From: Octopus vulgaris
Lineage: Eukaryota
Assembly: GCA_951406725.2 (NCBI GenBank)
Contig: OX597826.1
Coordinates: 1,426,001 to 1,490,000, forward strand
DNA length: 64,000 bases
Reading direction: 5' to 3'
Shown: positions 51,118 through 62,904 of the stretch, piece after piece
Numbering within the stretch: the stretch's first letter is position 1
Layout of the letters: the number at the start of each line of letters is the position of its first letter
Program-made: the position numbers and the translations under genes
The notes under the pieces: model-generated
The model's database searches: none
What the model was told of the DNA's origin: nothing
The model's input: the letters and a program-made list of their open reading frames with translations, nothing else

Positions 51118-51799
51118 TTCTTTTCTACTCTAGGCACAAGGCCCGAAATTTTGAGGGAGGGAGTCAGTCGATTAGATTGACCCAGTACACAACTGGTACT
51201 TCATTTATCGACCCCAAAAGGAGCTGAACATAGAGGGAACAAACAAGGTCAGACAAAGGGATTAAGTCGATTATATCGACCCCAGTGCGTAACTGGTACT
51301 TATTTAATCGACCTCGAAAGGATGAAAGGCAAAGTCGACCTTGGCGGAATTTGAACTCAGAATGTAGCGGCAGACGAAATACCTATTTCTTTATTACCCA
51401 CAAGGGGTTAAACACAGAGAGGACAAACAAGGACAGACATAGGTATTAAGTCGATTACATCGACCCCAGTGCGTAACTGGTACTTAATTTATCGACCTCG
51501 AAAGGATGAAAGGCAAAGTCGACCTTGGCGGAATTTGAACTCAGAATGTAGCGGCAGACGAAATACCTATTTCTTTATTACCCACAAGGGGTTAAACACA
51601 GAGAGGACAAACAAGGACAGACATAGGTATTAAGTCGATTACATCGACCCCAGTGCGTAACTGGTACTTAATTTATCGACCTCGAAAGGATGAAAGGCAA
51701 AGTCGACCTTGGCGGAATTTGAACTCAGAATGTAGCGGCAGACGAAATACCGCTAAGCATTTCGCCCAGCGTGCTAACGTTTCTGCCAGTTCGCCGCCT
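51118..51799 (-). mobile_element. SINE family B tandem multimer (184-bp period, ~3 units plus a variant tail)
   Basis: CCCACAAGG recurs at 51397 and 51581; a single head at ~51799; units essentially identical. Confidence 0.9.
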
Positions 51800-52039
51800 A
51801 ATAGCATGTAAATAGTGGGTAAAAAGAAAATCCTTTGGATAGAGGAAGTCGAACGCTACCCCTAGGGCACGAATGTACAGCAGCCCTTTCCCCAAGGGTT
51901 TTTTTCAACGCAATATTTGCATTTATAGCATTTATTTGTTTCGAGATCCACTTTTCCCCAAAACAATTATTTCATTTTCTCCTTAGAGTTCATAAATTCT
52001 TAGGACGTTTGTCAGCTATAAATAAACATTCTTTTCTTA

Positions 52040-52760
52040 CCTTCTTTTATTTGTCTCAGTCATTTGATAGTAGCCATGCTGGAGCACCGCCTTTAGTCAA
52101 ACAAACTCCAGGACTCTAGTAATTATTCTATCAGTCCCTTTTGCCGAAACGCGAAGTTATGGGGATGTAAACACGCCAACATCGCTTGTCAAACGATGAT
52201 GGGGGGACAAACAGACACACAAGCATATATATATATATATATATGATGGGCTTCTTTCAGTTTCTGTCTACCAAATCCACTCACAAGGCTTTGGTCGGCC
52301 TGAGGCTATATAAGAAGACACTTTCCCAAGGTGCCATGCAGTGGGACTGAACCCAGGACCATGTGGTTGGTAAGCAAGCTTCTTACCACACAGCCACTCC
52401 TGCGCCTTTCTTTTAGTTATTTCAGTCATTTGATTGCAGCCATGCTGGAGCACTGCATTAAAAAGTTTTAGTCAGACAAATTGACTTTTCTTCTAGTACT
52501 TATTCTATCGATTTTTTATTGCCGAACTGCTAAGTTATGGGGATGTAAAAACAGCAACATCAGCTGTGTCAAGCAATAGTGGAGGGGACAAACACAGACA
52601 AACAAATATATATATATATTTGACAGGCTTCTTTCAGTTTCCATCTACCAAATCCACTTACAAGGCTTTGGTTGGCCTGAGGCTACAGTAGAAGAGACTT
52701 GCCCATGGTGTCATGCAGTAGGACTGAACCCTGAACCATGTGGCTGGCAAGCAAACTCAA
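52040..52760 (-). mobile_element. Two head-to-tail SINE family A copies
   Basis: The first copy ends with its head at ~52406 and is immediately followed by the tail of the second. Confidence 0.85.
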
Positions 52761-53079
52761 AAGGTAATCTTTATATCCAATTTAACATCAACGTTCTTTT
52801 AGAAGACCAAATACTACATTATTAGCCTTATTATTGCCCCATGTAGGCAACTGGTACGTAGAAGTACAAGCTTCGCACATGAGATCTAACAAAGTCAAAA
52901 GACAGCTGCCACTTTTACAAATCAACTTTATATACAGAACAAATCTTGCATGATCTACATTTTCCCCAAAATTAAGTAATCCTATTGATGACTGATTTTA
53001 GGTTTTAAATAACTTTAAACAGTGTTTTTATCTACTAATTACATGTATAATTGCAATTAATATTTTCCAGCTTACAATC

Positions 53080-53380
53080 TATCTATATATAGATATATAT
53101 AAAGATGAAAATGTGAGTGTCTGTGTGAATCCCTAAAACTCGAAAACTACGCAACAGGTTTCATTCAAATTTTATACATGCCTTACTTAGGGTCCATGTA
53201 GTGTCATGAGCCAAAACAATTTTCAACTTCTTGCCTAATGCGAGCCCAGAGCAATCTCTTATGTCTTCCACTAATTCAGTATTACGTGTCAAAAGTGAAG
53301 CAATAACAGCTCTCTATTGTAATGTCAGAATACTTTCACTTGAATAGTTTCACTCTTAATACTGAAACTATCAAAGTCAA
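53080..53380 (+). mobile_element. Helitron-like non-autonomous element, 5' part
   Basis: TCTATATATA..AAAG start followed by GTGTCTGTGTG and AAAACTAC, a pattern typical of Helitron-N 5' ends; no 3' end identified. Confidence 0.45.
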
Positions 53381-53389
53381 ACTATTATC

Positions 53390-53419
53390 TCATATATACA
53401 GGCATACATACGTATATAC

Positions 53420-53453
<34 letters not shown>

Positions 53454-53480
53454 GATACATGTATGGATGTACATGTATAG

Positions 53481-53519
<39 letters not shown>

Positions 53520-53573
53520 TGTATATGTATAGATGTATGTATATATATACATATGCATAGGTGTGTATATATA

Positions 53574-53633
<60 letters not shown>

Positions 53634-53850
53634 GACTGAAGAAGGGTTTTTTTCTTTGTGTTAATTGTCCTGTACTCTATTTTTTTGTTGCTTAAAAAAA
53701 TGTCCAGTTCCTTGGGTTTGTGTCTATGTTTTCGTTTCTCATTGTGTTCGACATTTTTTTTGTGTCCTGTACTCATATATGCGTGTATATATACATGTAG
53801 AGGTTGGTATGTACATATATGTATATATATATATGCATATGTTTTATTTA

Positions 53851-53884
<34 letters not shown>

Positions 53885-54090
53885 TATGTTTTATTTATTA
53901 ATATATATATATATATATGTATAAATACATGTGTATGTGTGTATATATATATATATGTATGCATGTGTATATGTATATAAATAGATTCATATCTAACATG
54001 CACACACACATATATATATACACATACATACCTTTATACATATATATACATACATTTACATACACACACATATACACACACACATATATA

Positions 54091-54147
<57 letters not shown>
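53390..54147. repeat. Compound (TA)n/(TG)n/(CA)n low-complexity block
   Basis: Alternating purine-pyrimidine tracts with a short unique island. Confidence 0.9.
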
Positions 54148-54151
<4 letters not shown>

Positions 54152-55086
54152 TAAAACAAGCTGTCTTTCCTTCAGTGGCATGTCTGTGATGGAGAACCTC
54201 TTGATTCTGAGGATTATCTCCCCTCCTTATTTGGGATTACTTGCAATTGCTACAAAGTGTTTATTTACACTGTCTCTCAAAGTGAAGATAATTTCTATAA
54301 ATTCTTCTTTTTTTTTCTTAGGGCGACCAGCCATAAAAACCATGCCAAAACAGACACTGAAGCATGGTACAGTCTTCTGCCTAGCCAGCTCCTGTCAAAT
54401 TGTCCAACCCATGCCAACATGGAAAGCAGACATTTAATGATCATTATCCAGGCAGGTACTGCAGTAGCTCTCATATATTCCAGGTTTGGGCTAACCGTGA
54501 TTGTTGAAAGACCCTGAATAAAGGTGCACAGCAGACTATGCTGGGTTGTATGCATAACTGCACATACTCTGTGCAGCAGAAACATGTTGGTCATTTTAAG
54601 TAACTATTTATGCTGCATGACCAACTATAAAATTAAAAGAAAAAAATTGATGATGTACCAGTTTCCACATTCTTTGAAATTGTTTGAAATATATATACAT
54701 ATAAGGAAATAATTTAGCTCTCAAATGCAGGATAATGTTAATATATATATATATAATAATCAAGTCACACCAACTAATGATATTCTGAATGCATTTAATA
54801 TGTATGTTTCAGATCATTACACAATAGATAAAAAAGAAATTCATCTCTTATGCAAGATCATCCTCAGTTAAGATATTTTAAAATATGAACAAAGTCAGTC
54901 CTTACTCCATTTCTGCAGATATGCTAACAAGAATTTGGAGTGGTTTGGAGAATTCAGATAATATAATTACTTCTAAACATAACATGAAATATATGTGTAT
55001 AATGTTGATTGAGTTTCGTTTGTGGGTCCATAGGGTCTTCAGGTAAGTTACGACAGAAAAATTATGGAATTTGCACATCCATATTG

Positions 55087-55440
55087 TGGCACTCTGTCGG
55101 TTACGACAACAAAAGTTCCAGTTGATCTGATCAACAGAACAGCCTGCTTGTGAAGTTAACGTGTAAGTGGCTGAGCACTCCAGACATGTGTATCTTTAAC
55201 ATAATTCTTGGGGGATTCAGTGTGACACAGTATGTAACAAGACTGACCCTTTGAAATACAAGTACAACAGAAACAGGGAGAGTGAGTACAGCAGGGTTTG
55301 CCACAATCCCCTGCCAGTGCCTTGTGGAGCTTTAGGTGTTCTCTCTCAATAAACACTCACAATGCTCAGTCTGGGAATTGAAATCGCGATCCCTTGACTG
55401 CAAATTCGTTGCCCTAACCACTGGGCCATTGTGCCTCCAT
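55087..55440 (-). mobile_element. tRNA-derived SINE family D inside an old inverted-repeat element (55009-55573)
   Basis: TGGCCCAGTGGTTAGGGC A box and TTTCAATTCC B-box remnant; tail shared with 62056-62376; ~70-bp imperfect inverted arms flank it. Confidence 0.8.
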
Positions 55441-55782
55441 GCACAATTCCTGTGATAGAGCATGTGGTGGAGAGAAAATATTATAAAGGAACTCTATAGC
55501 TAGTTGTGCAAATTCCATCATTTTTCACAGATAAGTTGCCTTAAGACCTTGCGTACCCACAGGTAAAACTCAGACTAGCAAGAGACTGACTTGATCAAAA
55601 TAGACATCATTACCCTCTAAGGTAGTGAGTACTCTATTTTGACACTGAACTCTAAACTTGTGAATGTGTGAACATTTGTATAAATGACATTAAACGGTTC
55701 TGTGGTTATATATAGAAAAGACATGATTATATACATATTTATATATCTATATATATGACATTAAATGATTATATATAAAGAA

Positions 55783-55819
<37 letters not shown>

Positions 55820-55967
55820 ACATTAAATGATTATATATATATATACATGTAACATTAAATGATTATATATATATATATATATTACGGAGATGTACTTGCA
55901 TAGCAAGTGATTTGATCTGAGATCGTGTGCTGGAAGATATATATATAAGATAGACATTAAACGATTA

Positions 55968-56335
55968 TAGGTGTGGCTGTGTGAGAAGTTTGCTTTCCAA
56001 TCGCAAGGTTCCACGTTCAGACCCACTGCATGACACCTTGGGCTAGTGTCTTCTACTATAGCCTTGGGTCAACCAAAGCCTTCTCAGCTGATCTGGTCGA
56101 CAGAAACTGAATGAAGCCTGTAATGTGTGTGTGTTTGCCCACCACCACTGCTTGACAACCCGTGCTAGTGTGTTTATGCCTCCCATAACTTAGCAGTTTG
56201 GCAAAAGAAACTGATAGAATAAGTACCAAGCTTTAAAAAAAAAAGTACAGTGGTCAGTTTATTTGACCAACAATTCTTGAAGGTAGTGCCCCAGCATGGT
56301 CGTAGTCAAATGACAGAAACAAAAGATAAAGAGAG
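55968..56335 (+). mobile_element. SINE family A
   Basis: Head-to-tail similarity to family A. Confidence 0.85.
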
Positions 56336-56345
56336 ACTGTATATA

Positions 56346-56875
56346 CAGGGGTTGGACAAAATAATGGAAACACCTAGCATCATAATTTTGAAATATCTAT
56401 AAAACCATCAAAAGCTTGTTTATTTTTATGTTTTTTGATTTATTATTTGTGTTGTTTAATATGTTTTGCTAAAATTGCTGTTTCTTTTCAGATATCATCA
56501 AAAGAAGGTAATTAAAATGCATTAAAATGACAGATCTATTGGACTTTCAAAGAGGTCAAATTGTTGGTGCTCGTATGGCAGGTGCTAGCGTAACAAAAAC
56601 AGCCGAAATGTTTGGTGTATCAAGAAGTACTGTCTTGAAAGTAATGACAGCCTTTGAGAAAGAGGAAAAAACCTTGTCGTCGAAACAAAACTCCGGAAAA
56701 AAACCAAAGCTTTTAGATAGGGACTGTTGGACTCTTCTGGGAATTGTTAGAAAGGATCACAAAAGCACAGGTCCCAAAATTACTGCAGAGCTTAATGACC
56801 ACCTCGAGAACCCAGTTTCCACAAAAACTGTTCACCAGGAGCTGCGCAAAGCAGGATTTCATGGGAGGGCAGCAA
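56346..56875 (+). mobile_element. Tc1-like transposon, 5' fragment (left TIR plus DNA-binding domain)
   Basis: TA-CAGGGGTTGGACAAAATAATGGAAACAC TIR; uninterrupted ORF from 56527: MTDLLDFQRGQIVGARMAGASVTKTAEMFGVSRSTV...NSGKKPKL...VSTKTVHQELRKAGFHGRAA (paired-like HTH, GRPK-like motif, HTH_Tnp_Tc3_2-like); truncated before the DDE domain. Confidence 0.92.
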
Positions 56876-57838
56876 ACATGTCTATAATATAATGTTGCTC
56901 TAAAAAAAAAACCACACAGGCTGCTTGTTTAACTCTTATTTTCACTTTAAAAAAATTCTTTTTATAGTCACATTTTTAAATACTCTAAGCTGACTGTGTT
57001 GTCCTGTCCTGTCAACAGACTAGAAATTTCTACAAAATTACTTAAACAAATTTGTGTCTTCTTGTTTATTTATTTATTCTCACTTCACAGTCCAACGAAG
57101 CCATTGCTGAAAGACACTAACAGAGAACAGGAGTGGAGGGGAGAGAGAATAAGAGAAATGGAGAGATAGGAGGGGGTGGGGGCGGCGAGATCGAGTGAGA
57201 GAGAGAAATTCTCAGATGACTCAATATCTAAATGTTGGTCATTAATAGAAAGCAGCTCAAATTTACCACTAGAATCTTTTAGATATCCTTTTATTATCTA
57301 TTTGTGAATACATTTGTATGACTTCAGCTACTTAATTTAAAAGAAAACTTTCCACCAGCAGCAGCTTTATGTCTCTGTCCCTCCACCCACACAAACTCCT
57401 ATTTTTATACCTGGTATAGCCTGAATGCTTTGTGTGAAAAGTTAGTTTTCTTCTAAGTCACATTTATTTGCTGTTCGAAAAATAAAAAATGTAAGATTTT
57501 ATTTGCTAAATACCAACTTCCTATATTTTAGGGAAAAAAGAGAAATTATGATAAGTTCATGAATTTCTCATGAGTATTTGTGTCAACTTAACCCTTTTGA
57601 TTTTCGTCAACATCATTTTAATGTCCACTTTGCCATGCTTGCATGGGTCAGATGGAATTTTTTGAGGTGGATTTTCTATGGCTAGATACCCTTCTTATTG
57701 CCAACTCTCACCTGTTTCCAAGTAAAACTATATTTCCTAATGACCAAACATATTTTCATGGAAGATTTGAAGCAAGCACATCACTTGCACGATAGTGACA
57801 CTCATTTACAGCTACCATGTGAAATGAATGCCAGAAAA

Positions 57839-57873
<35 letters not shown>

Positions 57874-58424
57874 TTTATACATACATCTATACAACAGGCT
57901 TTTGTACAGTTTCCATCAACCAAACCTGCTCATAAGGTTCTGATTGATCCAAGGGTTATAGTAAAAGATACTTGTCCAATGTGCCATGTAGTGGAACTGA
58001 ACTCAAAATATGTGGCTGAGCAGCAAATTTCTTCCCATAACTCTGCCTTTATTTTAATTAATCTTTAAAATAATGACTTCAGACCATCAATTTTGACAGA
58101 AGGAAAAAAAAAAAAAAAGGAAACTTGTTTCATAGGAAAAAGGGTCAGTCTCAGGTAGGTTGGTTTTAAAAGGGTTAAAGCAGTCAAGTAGCCATGGGAC
58201 TTTCTGAATTGTATGCCTAACAGAAAATTACCTTAAATTTTTTTAATAGTGCAGCTTGCCTGATGATGAGACAGGTGTTGTGGCAGGTTTCTTGAAAAAG
58301 GTTTCCCATACCTAGATTAACTGTTTAGCATTCAAACCAACCAGATCTAGCCTTTCAAACTTACCCTACAATGTCATTCTAAAAATAAACAATCACATCA
58401 TTGAAATCTTGGTGCTACAAAATA

Positions 58425-58816
58425 TTATTTTACTTGTTTCAGTCATTTGACTGCAGCCATGCTGGAGCACCACCTTAAAAGGTTTTAGCTGAACAAATTG
58501 ACCCCAAGACTTATTCTTTGTAAACTTAGTACTTATTCTATCACTCTTTCTTACCAAACCATTAAGTTAGAGGGACGTAAACACACCAGCATCAGTTGTC
58601 AAGCTATCACAGGTGTACAAACACAGACACACATAACTATATACATATATATATCTACAATAGGCTTCTTTCAGGTTCCACTAACCAAATCCATTCACAA
58701 GGCTTTGGTTGGCCCAAGGTTATAGTAGAAGACACCTGCCCAAGGAGACACGCAGTGGGACTGAACCCTGAACTATGAGGCTGGGAAGCAAACCTCTTAA
58801 CCACACAGCCACGCCT
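58425..58816 (-). mobile_element. SINE family A inside a TTAA MITE copy (58317-58895)
   Basis: Full A copy with contiguous MITE halves on both sides. Confidence 0.85.
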
Positions 58817-60207
58817 GAATAATGCCTGATTAATTCAAAAGAATGTGAAGGAGCAAGCATTACATTTGACAGAATAATCTGAATACCGAAGGGTGAAAGC
58901 AAAACTTCTTCACGAAAGGTTTTGGTTGTAATGATCTTTAATCTCTACGACTCCTGCTATTTTATGAGCTGTAAATACTGCTTTGATTCTGAAGTGACAT
59001 GAAGAGTCGATATTATAAGGGAAATGGAATATGGAAGCTTATGAAATCCATATTCCATCTGAGGGATTTCTAACAGAATGACTTAATTGAATTTAGGTGG
59101 AAACAGCATTTGTTGATTTCATTCACCAGAAGAATTTCGCTCTGATGTGTTAGTAACACTTTGCACTAGTAGGACATTTCTTTTTCAATAGGTACACCCT
59201 GTAATTTTATGGAGGGGGGGGGGAATGCTACTCTAGTTAGGCAGGATGGCTAAGATGTTTTCCTTGCATCCATATGGTTTATGGCTTCAATCTCACTGTG
59301 AGATACCTTGAGCAAATGTTTTCTACTATAACCTAAAGACAACAATGGCTTGAGTGTGAATTTGTTAGATGAAAACTGTAATGAAGCCCGTCATAAGCTA
59401 TCATGGCTATGTGGTGAAGAAGCTTGCTTTGCAATCACATGCTTTTTGGTTCAGTCTCACTACAGGCTGACCAATAGCTTGTGAGTGAATTTGGTAGAGG
59501 GGAAACTGTGTGGAAGCCAGTCATATATATGTATATGTGTTTTTTTCTTTGAGTATAAACCCTCCACACACACACTACTCAACAATCAGTGCTGTTTTGT
59601 TTACTCCCTCATTACAGTGATTTCAGCAAGAGAGACAAAAACAATAAGTACAAGACTTAAAAAATTAGCACTGAAGTCAATTTGTTTGACTAAACCCATC
59701 AAGATGATGCCCCAGCATGGCTGCAGTCCAATGATCGAAACCCACAAAGGCAAAAAAAAAAAAAAAAGGGATGTTTTTTGCAGTTATATTTTGTTTCATG
59801 ATCCATAAAGTGAAACCATTGAATTCAGCTGAAATTTGCCAGAAACATTGTTATAAAAAGAAACAGATTGAATTGGTTTCTTCGAAACTGAATGTCTATT
59901 TTGGAACACAAAATAAAACTAGCATGAACACAACACTTAGTATTAAATTGCACCATTGAATTATTAATTAATCTTGATGATTATAAGAAAATTAATTGCC
60001 CTTCAAATATTTATCATCACAGTACAAATATCCTGTGTAATTCCTTTCGGACAGATCGTCAGCGTTAATGATGTCATCTACAATTCTAATAAGCACTTGT
60101 TGTGTAACATTTCTTCTGTCTGTGACTTGTCTCTGTCATTAGACTGTGGCCATGCTGCAGTACAACCTTGAAGAGTTTTTAGTAGAAAAAAAATCCTAAT
60201 ATTTATT

Positions 60208-60390
60208 TCATCATCATCATCGTTTAACGTCCACTTTCCATGCTGGCATAGGTTGGTTGATTTGACTGAGGTCTGGTGAGCCAGAGGCTGCACCAGGCTC
60301 CAATCTTGATCTGGCAGAGTTTCTACAGCTGGATGCCCTTCCTAATGCCAACTACTCCGAGAGTGTAGTGGGTGCTTTTACATGCCACCG
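60208..60390 (-). mobile_element. Retroposon family C, 3' part
   Basis: (CAT)n tail and GGATGCCCTTCCTAATGCCAAC motif. Confidence 0.8.
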
Positions 60391-60475
60391 TATTATTCTT
60401 TTTAAAGATTGGTATTTATTCTGTTTGTCTTTAACCGCTAAGTTAAAGGGAAATAAACAAACCAACAACAGTTGC

Positions 60476-60773
60476 AGCTGGTTCGATAATTTTTAGAAGA
60501 GGATTGGTGTTCATAGCATCATCAGGTATGAAGAGGCAGCAAGTTCTGACAAAGGCAGCTGAGGATTTCATGTGTGAATTCCATCAATTCATCACAGCCA
60601 AGGGGTACATTGCACAACAGGTATTCAACCATGATGAAATTAGTCTTTTTTAAAATAAAAATGCTCAGAAGAACCCACATAACTGCAGAGAAGAAAATGC
60701 CAGGCCACAAGCCTATGAAAGATAGGCTAACTCTCACCCTTTGTGCCAATGCAAGTGGGGACTTGAAGATTAA
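60476..60773 (+). mobile_element. pogo/Tigger transposase fragment (CENP-B HTH end to DDE_1 start)
   Basis: 'WFDNF', 'EAASSD', 'QQVFNHDEISLF' and 'KMLRRTHITAEKKMPGHKPMKDRLTLTLCANASGDLKI' are Tigger-type motifs. Confidence 0.9.
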
Positions 60774-60924
60774 CCCTTTCGATACCAACCCGGCTGAAAC
60801 TGGCTCTGACTCTGAGTACAAATGTCTTGTTTTCATAAGTTTTGAATTAAAATCTTCCACCAAACCATAGTCACAATTTATGTTCCTAACACTAGCTTAA
60901 TGATAACTAAATTATTTTACTAAA
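60774..60924. mobile_element. piggyBac-type element end inserted at TTAA within the Tigger fragment
   Basis: TTAA-CCCTTTCGATACCAACCCGGC matches the right terminus of 10299-11761 (CCCTTTCGTTACTAACCCGGC). Confidence 0.75.
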
Positions 60925-60989
60925 CAGGAAGATAGAGCTCCAAATATGAGTGTGTATATGTATCTATCTATCTATCTATCTATCTATAT

Positions 60990-61650
60990 CTCTCTATATA
61001 TAAAAGGCAGTTTGTCTGTCTGTGTGTCTGTCAGGTTGTACCCTCACCCTGACCACGGCTTTCAACTGATTCCGATCAAACTTGACACACACATAGCCCA
61101 ATGTCATATTTCAAAACTAATGCAGCGAAAATTTTGAAAAGTTCCCCCAGTTCTGAAAAAAATCCATAAATTCGACATGGGGTCGTGAATCTAAGCATAT
61201 CATATGCAACACATTTTCTGTTGTAGTTTTCGCAACTTGCAATCGATTTTCACCAAACTCATGGTGAAGCTTAATGTTACCCTAAAGAACTTAATTCTGA
61301 TGTTAGTTTTCCATGCAATACCTTACCATCAGAAAAAATCAATAAAATCATGCCATTTTGGGAAATCGCATTCAAATTCAAGATGACATATTTTTGACAA
61401 TATCTTTAACAAATTGGCAGGAATTTTTTTTGAAATTCACAGCGAGCATCATGTCTGCTCCAAGGAGCTATATGGCCCTTTTGATTCCAATAGGATACGT
61501 TATTACTGGAAAAAATCGGTTAATTACATCATATGTGGCACACAGCAAACCGATTTTTCTGCGATAATTTTTGAAAGTTCAAATAGATTTTTCCCTACAC
61601 CGATGTTGGTCATTAAGTTTGCATTAAATGTCAAACTAACGACCTTATAT
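60990..61650 (+). mobile_element. Helitron-like element (extent uncertain)
   Basis: TCTCTATATATAAAAGG...GTCTGTCTGT...TCAACTGATTCCGATCAAACTTG 5' signature; internal degenerate 'CGATTTT..CCAAA' repeats. Confidence 0.5.
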
Positions 61651-61797
61651 ATCAAAAGAAAAACAGGATGCAAAGGATTTTGCGGTACATATGTTTCTGG
61701 CTTTATTGAACAATTTATATAAATTGATATAAGTTGTTCAATAAAGCCAGAAACATATGTACCGCAAAATCCTTTGCGTCCTGTTTTTCTTTTGATA
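61650..61797. repeat. Near-perfect spacerless palindrome (74-bp arms)
   Basis: Arms are reverse complements around AATT at 61722-61725, with three mismatched pairs. Confidence 0.95.
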
Positions 61798-61877
61798 CAT
61801 ATATCCTATCACCTATACCACTAGCTGGCATATACAGGTGCTTACAGTTATCAAGTATTCACCCTGAAGTTTTTGAA

Positions 61878-61921
<44 letters not shown>

Positions 61922-62055
61922 TTAATTGGCGTAAGTTAAAGAGTGACTCAAGGGTAAAGACTTTTCTATATTGGTACTCATCAATAAGTGCCAATGTGAA
62001 AAACTTTTCATCTTGAGTTACATTGTAACTTTTCCCAACTAGTAATATATGTAAC

Positions 62056-62376
62056 TGGCACTCTGTCAGTTATGATGACGAGAGTTCCAGTTGATCCAAT
62101 CAACAGAACAGCCTGCCAGCGAAATTAACGTGCTGAGTGCACCACAGACACACGTGGACCCTTAACATAGCTCTGAGGGTGATTCAGCACGATACAAAAC
62201 GTGACAAAGCTGGCCCCTTGTGAATTACAGGTACAACTCATTCATGCCAGCTGAGTGGACTGGAGCAACGGGAAGTAAAGTGTCTTGCTCAAGGACACAA
62301 TGCCCTGCTGGGAATTGAACTCACAACCTTACAATGGTGAGCCAACTGCCCTAACCACAAAGCCACATGCCTTCAC
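62056..62376 (-). mobile_element. tRNA-derived SINE family D
   Basis: A/B boxes, TTGTGTCCTTGAGCAAGACACTT central motif, tail GATCAACTGGAACTCTCGTC...GACAGAGTGCCA. Confidence 0.8.
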
Positions 62377-62904
62377 CAGTAATATATATGTGTGTGTGTG
62401 TGTAATTTTCATGACTTAGTGGTTTACTGGTGTATATTAGTCAATATTGTTGACTGTATTTTAGTTAAAGCCATAGCTTTGATTAGGTTTGTCCAGAGTT
62501 GCCTCTCTTTGATATTTCTCATTGATAATGGCTAACGAGTTGGAAGCATTGATGCCTGGGAATTTGACAGGTGGCATCAGTGGACATTTATGTTGTGACA
62601 CCTTTTTATCATAAGCGAGATTTTTTTAATCCAAGATAGTTGCAGTGAATTTATCTTTAGCAGTTGAAATATGTCACAAACATTTTAACTAACCTAAAGT
62701 TTTCACACACACACACATACATCTTTTACTTGTTTCAGTTATTTGACGGTGGCCATGCTGAAGCACCACCTTAGTCAAACTAAACGACCCTAGGACTTAT
62801 TCTTTGTAAGCCTAGTACTTATTCTATTGGTCTCTTTTGCCAAACTGCTAAGTTATGGGGACATAAACACACCAACATCAGTTGTCAAGCAATGGTGGGG
62901 TGCA

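Noticed and set aside
42023-54437. Many ORFs rich in YI/HT/CV/ER/LS repeats
   Set aside because: Translations of (TA)n, (CA)n and (GA)n microsatellites.
54812-54960. Plus-strand acceptor-like sites (tttcag, ttctgcag) as exons of a neighbouring gene
   Set aside because: Frames close quickly, with no recognisable protein or donor.
59024-59058. 12-bp perfect stem-loop ATGGAATATGGA/TCCATATTCCAT
   Set aside because: Too short and isolated to assign a function; intrinsic terminators are not relevant in this eukaryotic context.
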